Assembly: GCA_010093815.1 (NCBI GenBank)
Contig: ML996586.1
DNA length: 64,000 nucleotides
DNA from: Pseudovirgaria hyperparasitica
Lineage: Eukaryota
Reading direction: 5' to 3' (one strand)
The translations under genes were made by a program, and so were the position numbers. Below the pieces are notes generated by a model, which had not been told where the DNA came from, made no database searches, and saw only the letters and a list, made by a program, of their open reading frames with translations. Below, one piece after another: positions 1 through 12,971 of the stretch. Numbering within the stretch: position 1 is the first letter of the stretch; every line of letters begins with the position of its first letter.

Positions 1-2383
1 ACTCTTATAAGTACGGATATAGATAAGAGCGAGAAACTAGTTAAATATATTCCTATAGTTCTAAATCGGCTAGAGATAGAAGGGAAAAGGAATTAAGGTA
101 TACCTTTAGAGCTCTAATATTAATACCGCCCTAGCTAGTAATAGTAATAAGAATAGTCTATCTCTCTAGTAACTCTCGAACTACCCTAGCCGATAAAATA
201 AACTAACGTTCTATAATAAGACGGGACTTATTATCCCCGCTAGTTAATAGTTATAGATAAGTAGAATAGCCTATAGGCCCGTTAAATACTACCTATAAAT
301 TAAAGAGATAAGTATATCGCCTCCGCCTTAGACCTTATTATTACTAAAACTAGTATAGATAACACCTACGATAAAGTCTCCTCCACGAAGTATACCTTCT
401 AGTTTAGTAGTATATTATCTCTTTAAAGCTAGTTATCTATTTAAAGTAAGTATTTCTTCTATTACTACTAGTATATATCCCTTACTAGGCTATATAAGAA
501 CCTCTTTAGTGCCCGTTACGGCCATACTAATAAAACCTACTTATAGATATGCCTTATCTACCGGCCTCTAGTAATTACCTAGGGTACCTATACGATAATC
601 CCTAGTTATTCTTAGTTTATACTCTAAGGCGATAGTATTAGTTAAGGAAGAGGACGAGCCTAAGAAGTATTAATACGCGCCTTTAGTAATAAAGACTTTT
701 AAGGTAGCTATATTATTAAAGAAGAATTTTATAAGTATTAAAGAAATGGCTCTACTAGTACGCTAGAAAGCGTAGATAGATAATATAGCTATTCCGTATA
801 AAGTCTACTATAAGTATTACTAAGACGTAGCTAGGAAGAATAATATACTTATTAGCGTGTTCTACTTAAACCTAGTAGTAAGACTTAAAATAGTATATAA
901 GTTTAGAGATAACGTAGAGGCCCTTAAAGTTTATAAGAACTACTATATCTAGTTTACGAAGTACGCGCGGCTACCTTATCTAATAGAGGTATTAGATATA
1001 TATTATTACTAGACCCTAGAGACCCCTAAGTAAGTTATTAATATTAAAACCATCCTTAATAGTATTATATTTATAATTTAGAAGAAGAATAATAGGATAG
1101 ATAGATAACTCTTCGACGAGTAGAAACGTACTAGAAGTATTAATATTAAAGGGCTCTTCGAGCTACTTAAAATGATAATCTCTATACTTAATAAGAGTAT
1201 TCTAGAACTTATAAGGGATAAATTTAATATATATAAGTACTACTAGCGTATATTTAATAAGAAATCGAACTATAGCTAGCTACGAACTATATACCACTCC
1301 TATATTTAATAGTTTATTGGATAATATCTACTTTACTAGCTTATCTATATCGCTCTTTAGTCTAATCTTAACTACTATCTAATCTCGTACCCGTACTATA
1401 TGAAGTCCTAGAATAGGGGTAATAAGACGGGTTTTAAGTATCTTAATAACGCTATTAATTAAATCCTTAATCCTAGCGATAGATACGGGTTTAATATAAT
1501 CTAAGGGAGTATTAGTCTCGATAATAAACGAAGTAATAACTATACTATAATTATCCCCCGCTCCTATAAGTTCTTAAATAAATAGTAGTTAAAGGCTAAG
1601 CTCCGTAAGAGGGTTAATTAAAACGGTATAATTACGGCCATTAATAATAAGATCTATAATATAGATAATAAGAAACCATTTAGTCTCTTTATTCTAGTCC
1701 TCTACTAGTCCCTTAAAGTATATATCTCTAGCCTACTAATAATATATAGCGCCTAGGGTCCCGTAAAGGGTAGAAGGTATATAATACTTCTATAGTATAT
1801 TATAATTAGCCCTAATTATATAATAATAGAAGTACCTAAGATAGGTATATAGAAATAGCTTATAGTAGCTTATAGGAACTTAACTCCGGGATCTATATCT
1901 CTATTAGGGTTTTCTAATAAATATAGCGCGATTCCTTTTACCTTCCTAGCCGTAGTTTAACTCCCGAGTTTTAACGCCGTTAGTAACGTATTAGTCGGCT
2001 ATAAAAGATAGAATAGCTAGAAGGTAAAAGAAGAGGTAGCTACGTAGCTTAACGCGAGTCCTTAGTAACTTAAAGCTAAGGTAGACGCCTAGTTTAAGGA
2101 GGGCTTAAGGGTATTTATAGAGACCTTTAAGAAAATAGTAAGATAGAAAAGGTTAGTCTATAGAGATAGGTTATTCTAGAAGGAGTTTAATAAGGCGCGT
2201 GCTACTAAGCGGCTAATTAATTTTAAGAAATTTAAGCCTAACGCGGGCCTAGATAATATTAAAGAGAACTTCTATAAATAAGAGAGGCCTAACGAACTAT
2301 CTAATAAGGAGGAATCTAACCTCTCTAAGATAAGTAATACGATTCTTTAGGAGCTAGCTCGCGACCTTAAGTACTAAGATTAG
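1..2383 (+). pseudogene. Extra ORF2 of Gypsy B copy 1 (putative PhyH-like 2OG-Fe(II) dioxygenase region), RIP-inactivated
   Basis: Colinear with the minus-strand ORF2 at 22480-24860. The putative HxD site reads TAT-CTT-AAT at 1439-1447. Confidence 0.7.
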
Positions 2384-2402
2384 GCGCCTAAAAACCTACC
2401 TA

Positions 2403-2435
2403 ATTATTAGTTAAGGGCTACCCTTAACTAATAAT
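2403..2435. repeat. Shared palindrome, 15-bp arms
   Basis: ATTATTAGTTAAGGG-cta-CCCTTAACTAATAAT. Confidence 0.95.
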
Positions 2436-2581
2436 CCGGGCTAAGGTTTATCCGCGCCGAGAGGTTTACTAGATATATATTTTATTTATATTAAGGTCTT
2501 TCTTTTAGGCGTTCTTTATATAGTTTCTTATATAGTTATTATACTACTAAGGGTAGTAGTTCTATAGGCCGGGGAGGTATA

Positions 2582-2954
2582 TATAGAAGGCCGCTTCTAT
2601 AGCCCTATATATATATATCCCTAGCTCGATTATATGGCTTTATTATATATTTAAAGAGGGCGTTTCCTTACTTATTCTACTTAGCACGCTTCCCCCTAAT
2701 TACTAATATTTAACTATTTAACTTTTCCTTATGTTTATAGGCTTCTATAGGTATTAATTATTAGGCTTAGCTATTAAAGAATTAATTAAGAGTATTATAT
2801 AGACCTACCCTACTATATAAGAGAACTAATAAGAAGTTATACGTTTAAAGAGAACTTATAATACCTAGAAGAGATACTCGTGAGTTTGTCGCGACTACTA
2901 TACTAGGAAAATAACTATTTATAAAAGAGATACACGTGGCGATAGCTTACTATA
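2582..2954 (+). repeat. LTR of Gypsy B (3' LTR of copy 1)
   Basis: Reverse complement of the LTRs at 21909-22280 and 32950-33321. Confidence 0.92.
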
Positions 2955-4513
2955 ATAGTATACTTTATATTTATAAACTCTTCTAAAGAAACTTACGGAA
3001 CTATAGGAACTAGAGTCTAAGTAATATAGATATACTAATAATTATAAATCTTAGTAAGAAGATTTAAAGATTAGCTTAGATTTATATACCTTTATAATAG
3101 GAGTATTAGAATTAGTATTATCCTTACTAAACTTATAACTTTTTAGTAGGCGGGATATAGAGATCTTAGTCTTTTTACTAGAACCTATCCTAGGAATTTC
3201 TAGGTCCCTAGAGTATAGGAAGAAGTCCGAAGTAGTAATAATTTTTATACTATTTTAAAAAATAGTATATATTAGTAGAGATTAGTAAAGATTTATAAAA
3301 AATAAAGTTACCTAATAATTATAGTAACTATAGTAGTAGTAGTATCTTCTAACTTAGTATAATTAGTATTAGTTCTATACTTCTAGATATAATCCTTACT
3401 AATCTTATAGAGCTTATAGAAGGCTAACTCTAAAGTATTATAATTAGTATAATTATTCTTCTTATCTACCTTAGTTATATAAGGCCTAATATTAATCTAT
3501 ATAGAAATAAGTAAATTAGTAGAAAGTAGTATAGTATCTATATAAATACCTATAAATAGTTATACTTCTTAGTTAGATATATACTATATATTATAGAACT
3601 AGTACTACTATAAATATGAGTCTTAGGAAACTAATAATCTATATACTTTATACTTAGAAGATTATTATCTAGACTAGTAGAGGGTAGAGTTATAGCCTTT
3701 AATATATTAGTAATATAAGCTAGGCACGGATTATTTAAAGACGTAGCCTTCTTTACTAATTACTTTATAGTATTAAGGTTTCGGGAGACTATAGTACGAT
3801 TATTATAGATCTAAGTAGAATTATAATAAAGTATTATAGTTATTTAAATCCTTATATAAAACCTTATAGATCTAAGTAGAATTATAGTAAACTATTATTA
3901 ACATAGGCTATTTATATAGAAAATTAGTAAATCTATACTAATCTAAGTAAACTAATATAAAGCTATATCTATAGAGAACTAGTAGTATACCTAGTAATCT
4001 AAGAAGTTCTATAAAAAGTTATAGAGTTTTTTAAAGAAAGAAAATATTCTAAGGAAAGATTTATATATAGGACCTACCTAGACTTACCTAATTAGATTAT
4101 ATAGACGCTAGTTCTATTTAGATAATACCCTTTAGATTAATAGAACTAAGGCGTTTAAACGGTATCTATAGATATTAGTTTAGTTTAGTATAAATAGTCT
4201 ATAGAACCTAGATAATAGATATAGAATAGGGTAGAAGTATAAAGATTAATATTACTAAGGGTAGCTCTCTAAAGGAAGGGGATTATTATTAGAAATTAGC
4301 TAAAGGCTAGACTAGATCTATATATATCCGAGCCTATATAGTAAGAGATAGTATAATAGGTAGTAAGCGGTCACGTACTAGATATATTAGTATACCTCTA
4401 GATATATACTCTTTAATTACTACTAAGGGGGCTTAGTAGTAATTTATTCTATATAAGAATACACCCTATTATTCTATCTAGCTATACTACTATTAATTAA
4501 CTCTATTCTTATA
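2955..4513 (+). mobile_element. Gypsy family A, second copy: 3' region plus 3' LTR (4287-4513), interrupted on the left by Gypsy B copy 1
   Basis: Matches 43533-44515 joined to 49808-50382 without the LINE insertion. PPT AAAGGAAGGGGA precedes the LTR. Confidence 0.92.
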
Positions 4514-4722
4514 TTAGATATATTACTAAGAACTTATAATACTCTAGTTTAGTTATAGTCTAAGACTATATATATTATATAATATAGTCTATTTATAAGA
4601 CTCTACTCTATAATACTATACTCTATAAGACTCTACTCTATAATACTAATACCTTTAGAATCCTAGGAAAGTAGTTTTAAATTTAAGACTACTTATAGTC
4701 TACTAGTTATAGACTACCCTAG

Positions 4723-4758
4723 TTATTATTATTATAATTATTATTATTATTATTATTA

Positions 4759-4854
<96 letters not shown>
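4723..4854. repeat. (TTA)n microsatellite abutting an assembly gap
   Basis: Directly visible trinucleotide run. Confidence 0.97.
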
Positions 4855-5694
4855 NNNNNNNNNNNNNNNNNNNNNNNNNNNNNNNNNNNNNNNNNNNNNN
4901 NNNNNNNNNNNNNNNNNNNNNNNNNNNNNNNNNNNNNNNNNNNNNNNNNNNNNNNNNNNNNNNNNNNNNNNNNNNNNNNNNNNNNNNNNNNNNNNNNNNN
5001 NNNNNNNNNNNNNNNNNNNNNNNNNNNNNNNNNNNNNNNNNNNNNNNNNNNNNNNNNNNNNNNNNNNNNNNNNNNNNNNNNNNNNNNNNNNNNNNNNNNN
5101 NNNNNNNNNNNNNNNNNNNNNNNNNNNNNNNNNNNNNNNNNNNNNNNNNNNNNNNNNNNNNNNNNNNNNNNNNNNNNNNNNNNNNNNNNNNNNNNNNNNN
5201 NNNNNNNNNNNNNNNNNNNNNNNNNNNNNNNNNNNNNNNNNNNNNNNNNNNNNNNNNNNNNNNNNNNNNNNNNNNNNNNNNNNNNNNNNNNNNNNNNNNN
5301 NNNNNNNNNNNNNNNNNNNNNNNNNNNNNNNNNNNNNNNNNNNNNNNNNNNNNNNNNNNNNNNNNNNNNNNNNNNNNNNNNNNNNNNNNNNNNNNNNNNN
5401 NNNNNNNNNNNNNNNNNNNNNNNNNNNNNNNNNNNNNNNNNNNNNNNNNNNNNNNNNNNNNNNNNNNNNNNNNNNNNNNNNNNNNNNNNNNNNNNNNNNN
5501 NNNNNNNNNNNNNNNNNNNNNNNNNNNNNNNNNNNNNNNNNNNNNNNNNNNNNNNNNNNNNNNNNNNNNNNNNNNNNNNNNNNNNNNNNNNNNNNNNNNN
5601 NNNNNNNNNNNNNNNNNNNNNNNNNNNNNNNNNNNNNNNNNNNNNNNNNNNNNNNNNNNNNNNNNNNNNNNNNNNNNNNNNNNNNNNNNNNNNN
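4855..5694. other. Assembly gap (840 N)
   Basis: Run of N. Confidence 1.
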
Positions 5695-8600
5695 TATTCT
5701 ACTAGGAGGTCTAGTAGGCACGGAGTGCCTCTTTCTACTTATCTTAAGTCCACGACCGTATATTTTTTATAAGTTCTTAAAGGCTCTACTAGTCTAGAAG
5801 AGCGTCCGGGTTATCTCGGACTTCTTATACTACTTAGCTAGAGTCGGCTTCTATTAAGTACCTATACCGTATTTAATTCCGGCCTATATATAGAAGTACG
5901 CGGTAATATATACTAATTCGTATACGTAGCGCGGCGAAAGTATATTCTACGTTTCCTATGCGTTCCTATACTTATTATATAGTAAAGTATACTACCCTCT
6001 ATATCTAGTAGAAGTTATATATACTTATAACGTCTATCTCGCGTCGTAGTAGTACCGTATTAGTAGCTTTATATACGCCTAATATAAGACGGAGTATACG
6101 GTTCTATATAGATTTAAGCTTTATTCGCCTAGTCTATATAAGGGCTGTATACTAGTACTCGTGTCCGTACGTAAAGGCGGGCCGTACTATAGATATATAT
6201 AGCTAGCGTGCCTTATCCCGGGTGGTTCTCTATATAGAGGCTATAATCCGTTGTATAGCGGCTTCTACCCGGAGGGCCCTAGAGACGGCGTATACTACTT
6301 ATAGTCCCTATTTAAGCTTGCTATCTAGTATAACTCCGAGCGCGCGCATGCTTTATACTAGTAGTTTATTAAATGCGTCGATTCGGGGGCGTTATTCGCC
6401 TTCCCTAGTTACCTATTTCCCTTAACGATTAATAAAGTACATAAGTTAGTATTTCTCTAGGGCGAACTTTACTCCGTGGCGTTTTACCTACTAGAGGCAC
6501 CTCTCGTAGTCTTATTCTAGTCGTCTATATATTCGGTTGGTATTATTATCGATGGCTAGGAGGTATATATTATTAGCGTATCCGACTACCTCTATATACT
6601 TTATTTCTTAAAGAAGGTCTACTATAACGAAGAGGAATAGGATCGGAGAGATAGTACTCCCTTATAGGATGCTATATACCGTCTCTTTATATTCGCTCTA
6701 GTATCTAGGGATATATATCTAAGTTATTCTTCCTATAAGGAATAACTATATAAAGCGTATAATCTATTCTAGTATTCATCTTATCCGGAGGTTATGAATA
6801 AGTCTTATATAGTTTACCTTATTAAACGCTCCGGCTATATTAAGAGAGAGGAGCGATACTACCCGTCCCTATTTCTATACGGCCTAGACGACTTTAATAA
6901 TATATTAGATAGCTATTATTAGGGAGCTATCTATCTTTACCTTCTAGTTCGGAGGGAGGAGATTATATTTCTATACCGCGGTACTTATCTTCTTCGCTAT
7001 CATGGTCTCTAGTATCTTATCTAGGTAGAAGAGAAGGGCGATTAGTCTCTATCCCTTTAGGGAGTTAGGGCTCTTTTCTAGTTTCGGGAGTATAATAGTA
7101 TAGGCGACTCGGAAGCTCTAGGGGTAGTACCCCTACGTGACGTATACTTAGAATATATAAGTAATAAGCGGTAGGGTCGCTTTTATAGTACTTTTTAGGC
7201 ATCGATTTAGAATTCTATCTAGTCTAGATACTTTATTATTTAGGAGTATCTTAATAATATTAAGTATATTCTCCTCCGTAACTTCTTTAGGGATATCTAC
7301 CGTGTATAGATATTCGGCGCCGTGAACGTCTAATAGGTCTACTAGTTCCGGGAGAGGGAACATGGCCTCTCGTAGGGCCTTAGTTTTCTTAAGGCTTATG
7401 GAGTATATTCTCCCCTAATATATTAGGGAAGGTATAAGTGGCGGGGGTATCGGAGTGTCTACGCCCTTGGCCCATTTCGCTATACGCCATAGCCCTATTA
7501 CGTATCGTGTCTATTAACTAGTAATTATATACTACTATTTACGCCTTTCGTTACGGAGGACTTTATCGCGTTATTATATCGCTTCCTTCTATTCTTCCTA
7601 CGACTCGGGTATTCTTATATAGTATACGCGTATGTATAGCCTTCGGGCGTCTTATCTACTTTCCCGTACTCGAGGAATCCCCTTTACTTCCGGGGGCCGG
7701 TATATTTAGTATAGTACGTGTTTATTTCTCGCCTTCTAGTATATTTATAGGAGTATCTATACGGCCTGGTCTATGGCTAGGTCGTTAGATATATCGACTA
7801 TAGAGGGATCTAGGATCGCCGATTCTAGGTTCTTTAGGTACTTTTCCTAGTTAGTATCCTTCTATATCTATCGTCCCCGTTATTTATTCGGGGTATATAC
7901 GTTTATTATAGTTTCTATATATTTATAGTCGGAATCCGTCTATACCTAGCCTAGGCGGTAGTATTAGATCTAGTAACTAATATACTCTATAGCGAAGGTA
8001 AGGTTAAGCGTAGACCCGTCTTCGTCCTATTTATGTTTTTTCTATATAACTTATTCTATAGGTGTAAGTAGGTATAGGAAGTTATGGTAGCGGGTGCGTA
8101 GTTCCCTTACTCTAAGTTCTTCCCTAACTACGGCTAGGTCTCCCTACTATTAGTAGTAGAGGTTAAAGTCTCCTAGGAGGATATGTTACCCTAGTTCCGT
8201 GGTACCCTTAAGTATCTCGTCTAGTATAAGTATATATTATTAGTTATATATGTTATATATATATAGGGGGCCTATATCTGTTTATAGGTGTAGTATTATC
8301 CTAAGGTTATCTCGCTTAGTATACAACCATAATAAGAGTAGTATTAACCTATAAATATAGAAGAGGACTCGTCCTTCTAGTCCTAGAGGGTATATAGTAT
8401 AGTATCCGGGGTATATAGTTAGTTTACTCGTCTAGTAGTATTTATAGGGTTTCTAGATGGCGAGTATTATAGCCCTAGTCTCTTCGAGGAGCGTCGCCTA
8501 GTTCTCTCTTTTATATTATACGTTTATCTATATAATTCGGAGTATATTCTAGTCCCTTATTAGATACTAGGGAGTGTATATACCTATATACTTATTCCTT

Positions 8601-10273
8601 AGAGGCGCGACTATCCTCGCGCGGTAGCGGCTTTAACTATACCTTTTAGTCGTCCTATCGTCTTCGGGATAGTCTACTATCCCGCCTAACTACCTTCTAG
8701 AGGGGAGGTTAGGGGTATTATAGAGGAAGGGCCCGTAGTAGATATTATATTCTATAACTATCTCGCGCCTCTCGCTTTTATCGTGCGAATGTATTCTATA
8801 ACCTATTTACGTTTTATATATGTTAACGACTATAATAGATATTTCCCGTCGTAGTTTAAATACTATACTATATCCCTGTTTCTTAGTCCGTCTCCTCGCG
8901 GTTTATAAGGGCACTCCTAGATAGCGTGGTCCCTACGGTACTATCCGTACTTAGTCTTCTATAAGTACCTTTATATAGTGTGTCCATACCCTTAATAGTT
9001 AAAGTACTATATTATTACCTATATCCTATTCTATGGCTCGGCTATAAGGAGCTCTCCTTCTACTAGGAATCCCTTCTATATAATATATTATACGAGGGCG
9101 GGGTCTCGGAGCTCTATAATTATAGTAGAGTGTTTTTTCGCCGTCGTCTTAATCGCCTATGGGTTCTTCTACCACGCTTTTATAATCTTAATCCCTAGGT
9201 ATTTTCGCGTGTTAGATTATTCTATACGCGTAATATTCTCCGCTCTAATAGCCTATCCCTATACGGGTACTACGTATACTATAATTAGGTATATAGCTAC
9301 CCTAATAGACGCGCTAGAGAAGATACTATCTATTACGTTCGGATCTCGCGAGATGTTTTACTACGTAGTATTCATTATAGTAGTAAGTACTACCCTACCT
9401 AGCGTAACTTTAGTAGCTACGACGCTCGACTATATTCCTTTCTATTTATTAATCTTATTTATAATTTCCTTTAGGGATATCTATTAGACCTACGCTAGTA
9501 TATCCTTATCCTAGATTATAATACGTATACTATATACTCTATCTATAGTCCTAGTAGTCCTTAGTACGGTAGCTCCGGGTGTTACTATAATCTAAGCCCA
9601 CGTGTTAGGGCGCTTACCTTAGGATAGCTCTTCCTAGATTCTCCGTAGGCTAGCTTCTATTTAGTTAAGCCTACTACTAGGTTCCTCTCGTGGCGACTTC
9701 CTTTCTTCCTCCGTAATTTCTCTTAGATTCTAGATAAGGTCCCGGAATATATAAAGAAGGGTCTTCTTTCCCTTCTCGGCGTCTCTCTCTATACGTATTA
9801 CCTAGTATTTAATTTTATCTAGGAGGGTCTCCCCTCTCGGGGTCCCCTTAGTCTAGGTTATCTATAGCGCTTTACACCCTTAGTTAGTTCCTATATTTTA
9901 GATAGGTGTCTAGCTATCTATATTAATATCGCTATATAGCCGTTTCTACTATACTAGTAGGGGTATATCCGGCGTATACCGGGGTATTACAATACCTAAG
10001 GCCGCCATAGTTATTAGTTAAGGGTAGCCCTTAACTAATAAAAGGGGGTCGGCATATTAGCGTTTATTAGATATAGTCTATACTCGTGTTATTGAAGAGT
10101 CTTCGAGTGTATATATATAGTATCTCTATATATCGGTATCGTCGTGTATTATACGCTATACGTACGCACGTATGTCGGAGGTTATTATACTCGGTATACT
10201 CTATCGTTTAATATATGTAAATCGCTGTTTTACCCTAAATTGACTAGTTTAGTCCGTTGGGGTGTGAGAAGTT
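5695..10273 (-). mobile_element. Tad1-clade-like LINE (ORF1 with CCHC knuckles, ORF2 with APE and RT), RIP-degraded; 3' end lost in the gap
   Basis: De-RIPped minus-strand motifs: CFNCQGYGH (~8980-9010), LLGDFNLHH (~8155-8180), SDH (~7930), GIPQGS and GYADD (~6570-6680). Colinear with 45180-49793, with the same 5' end GAGAAGTT. Confidence 0.92.
10011..10041. repeat. Shared palindrome, 14-bp arms, just upstream of the putative LINE ORF1 ATG (10008)
   Basis: TTATTAGTTAAGGG-tag-CCCTTAACTAATAA. Confidence 0.95.
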
Positions 10274-10735
10274 CTCTATATATATATAGATAAAAGAAGA
10301 ATATACTAAAGTATATTTAAGTTATAGAATAGAGAGTTTCTCTAGTATAGTATAATTTAATAGATATATATTATATTAAGAGGTAAGGTTTAATACTATA
10401 ATAATTATATAGATAAAGGCATTACGTAATATAACGCTAGTCCGTGCGTGAAATTTTTTATTTTCTTTAATTTTCGCTAAGTCAAACCCGTTTGTACCCG
10501 TTCTACGCACTTCGGAGTTGTAACCTTACGGCTGAACTATGCTATCCTACCATGGTACATTATTATTCTAACTTGCCTTTAGTCGACTTATCATTACTTA
10601 AAAGACCGCTTCTTTACTTGGATCTCATATACATGTTACAGCGATTAGGTATTGCATTTCCTTCATTCTCATCGTCGTCGGAGAATCAGAGCGCCAAAAC
10701 AGTAAGGCGTAAGCCCAAGCCTACGGACGCTCAAG

Positions 10736-12842
10736 ATGGAGGCAGGCGTTGAATATCGATCACTGCCTAGCCCTATACCTTCTTTGCATACACTTAGACG
10801 CTCAGGAACTCAGTTCTCGATTCGGGCCCTCGTAGCAGGTCTGTTCGTCGGAGTTCTTGTCAACATATCCAACACATATTATGGGCTGCAAGCTGGGATT
10901 TATTTTCAGATGCCCATGATATCAGGTCTTCTAGGCTACCTTCTCTTTAAAGGATCGGAGAGGCTCTCTATCGTACCTCTAAGCCCAGGAGAGAACGTTT
11001 TGATAATAAGTGCGGCCACTGCAACGGGATGCATGCCCGTTGCTGCTCACTTTGGTGGTATCATACCCGCTCTAGAATTTGTCATTGGTCCTCAGGATGG
11101 TGGTCCTTATCATTTCTCATTTGGTCAGCTATTGATATGGGCTTTCAGTCTCGCCTTCTTCGGCATATTCTTTGCCGCAATTCTGCATAATGGTCTCATC
11201 CAAAGAGATCGTTCGCCATGGCCGGGAGCCAAGGCGACCGCCCAAATGCTCACTGTCATGCACGAGACTACCAAGCACGGAGACAATGAGGTCATTGCCA
11301 ATCCAACAGGGCAAGATCAGTATCGCAATGTATCCGGAGCTCCAAATCGTCAGTGGCAGAAGGTGGTTTCTGTACTTCTACGCTTTGGAGGAGGGTCATT
11401 CCTCCTAGTATGTACAGCCCTTGGAATATAGATCCAGACTAAAAAATGTAGACAACGGCCACGCACTTTCTCCCCTCGTTGCGTACGATACCCATTTTTG
11501 GCATGAGGGCAGCACAAAACTGGCTGTGGGACTTTGATCTCTCTGCAGGATTTATTGGCGGAGGCATCATCACTGGACCTGTGATTCCTCTACACATGCT
11601 ATGTGGTACTATTGTTGGTTGGGCTATACTATCTCCTCTGATCATGAGTAAAGGCTGGGTACATGGACCAGTGGATGACTGGGAGACTGGGAGCAGATCT
11701 TGGATCATTTGGATCAGCACATCCGCACTTGTGGCCGATGCTGCTGTAAACCTTCTGTGGTTCGTTCTAGAATCGTTACGGAAACATATACTTGACTCTC
11801 CTGTCGAAGACCGACCGGATGACAGCCAGACTCCACTCCTCCACAATTCATCCAGGGACGCACCCAGGAGACGGCAAAGAGAACACCTACCAGCAACATT
11901 GCTCTACGGTTTCAAGAGGCAAACACGACTCCTACTTGTGGCCATGTTTGTCTTGTCGATAATTATTTGTGTTATCGGAGTGCGTCTAGTCTTCGGGTCG
12001 ATCATTGGGCCACATCTCGTGGTGTTGGGGATCGCCCTTGCACTTCCTATGGCTGTAGCAGGTATACGTGCACTCGCCGAGTGTGACTGGAATCCCCAAA
12101 ACGGTTTAGGTAAGGCCCTAATGCTGTCCGTCCTATGTAATGCTGAATTTAGTGCAGTATCCCAGCTAGTCTTCGCGACTCTGGTATCAAGAGCGAATCC
12201 GAACGCGCTTGTCATCAATCTTGTGACCGCTGGAATTGCATCAGCGTGTGCAAGCCAATCTGGTGACATCGCATTCGACTTCAAACTCGGCAGTTTCCTT
12301 GACGCTAATCCTGATGCTCAGATCTATGGACACATAGCTGGCTCAATTTTTGGCACGTTCGTCGCAACAGTCTCTTACAGACTGTACACTTCGTCATATG
12401 AGGTTCCAGGTCCAGTGTTTCAGATACCAGGCTCCTATATCAGTGTCAGTACGGCAAGACTCATTCTTGGAAAGGGTCTTCCAGAAGGTGTTCCAATGTT
12501 TGCTTTGGCCTTCGGCGGTTGGTTTGCCATTAGTGCATTTCTGAAGCTACGGTTTTCGGACAGGTGGTGGAATAACGTGCTGCCCAGCGGTACAGCCTTT
12601 GCAATAGGTAAGTGCCTTGTTTCTGCTACATTCATCCGCACTATGGACACTTACAGTTATTAGGAATGGCAAATGTCCCCTCTTTTACACTTTCTCGCCT
12701 CGTAGGAGGCATAGCATGCTGGGCATATTCACGTTGGAATGCTAGGAGCGGCAATATCACTATCGCTAGTGGTGCAGGGATGATCTTGGGTGAGACAATT
12801 GGCAGCATTGCAGACCTTTGTCTCACTGCTGTCGGCGTCTGA
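10736..12842 (+). CDS. OPT oligopeptide transporter superfamily protein (YSL-like branch), multi-exon
   Basis: Motifs SNTYYGLQAG, ENVLI..AATATGCMP, WP.AKATA, D...DFK.G and many TM segments. Predicted introns 11408-11451, 12110-12157 and 12608-12663 join the ORF-track pieces in frame. Confidence 0.9.
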
Positions 12843-12971
12843 TATTCTGTCTCATCATCAGAATTAACATCATTCTCTTGCGAAGTGCAGCTGCTATACA
12901 TGCTTTTTGTATGTACATGCTTCCGCTCCACAGGTCGCACCCAGGACTTAGATCTATATCTAATTATCTAT

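Larger units (their letters stand above)
1..2954 (+). mobile_element. Gypsy family B, copy 1 (3' part plus 3' LTR), RIP-degraded, runs off the window start
   Basis: Reverse complement of 21909-24860, differing mostly by C>T/G>A transitions. Purine tract GGGGAGG precedes the LTR at 2582-2954. Confidence 0.93.

Noticed and set aside
2955..2958. ATAG beside both Gypsy B insertions as target-site specificity
   Set aside because: Only 4 bp in RIP-simplified DNA, and in opposite orientation relative to the element in the two cases.
4723..4854. (TTA)n as the tail of the LINE at 5695-10273
   Set aside because: Wrong orientation: tails of this family read (TAA)n on the + strand at 39524 and 44516. 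The true 3' end is probably in the gap.
4852..5721. 289-aa ORF in the ORF track
   Set aside because: Artefact of the 840-N assembly gap.
6222..9487. Short Tyr/Ile/Leu-rich + strand ORFs in AT-rich regions (also 27131, 28416, 37310, 40249)
   Set aside because: Chance or antisense frames within RIPped retroelements.
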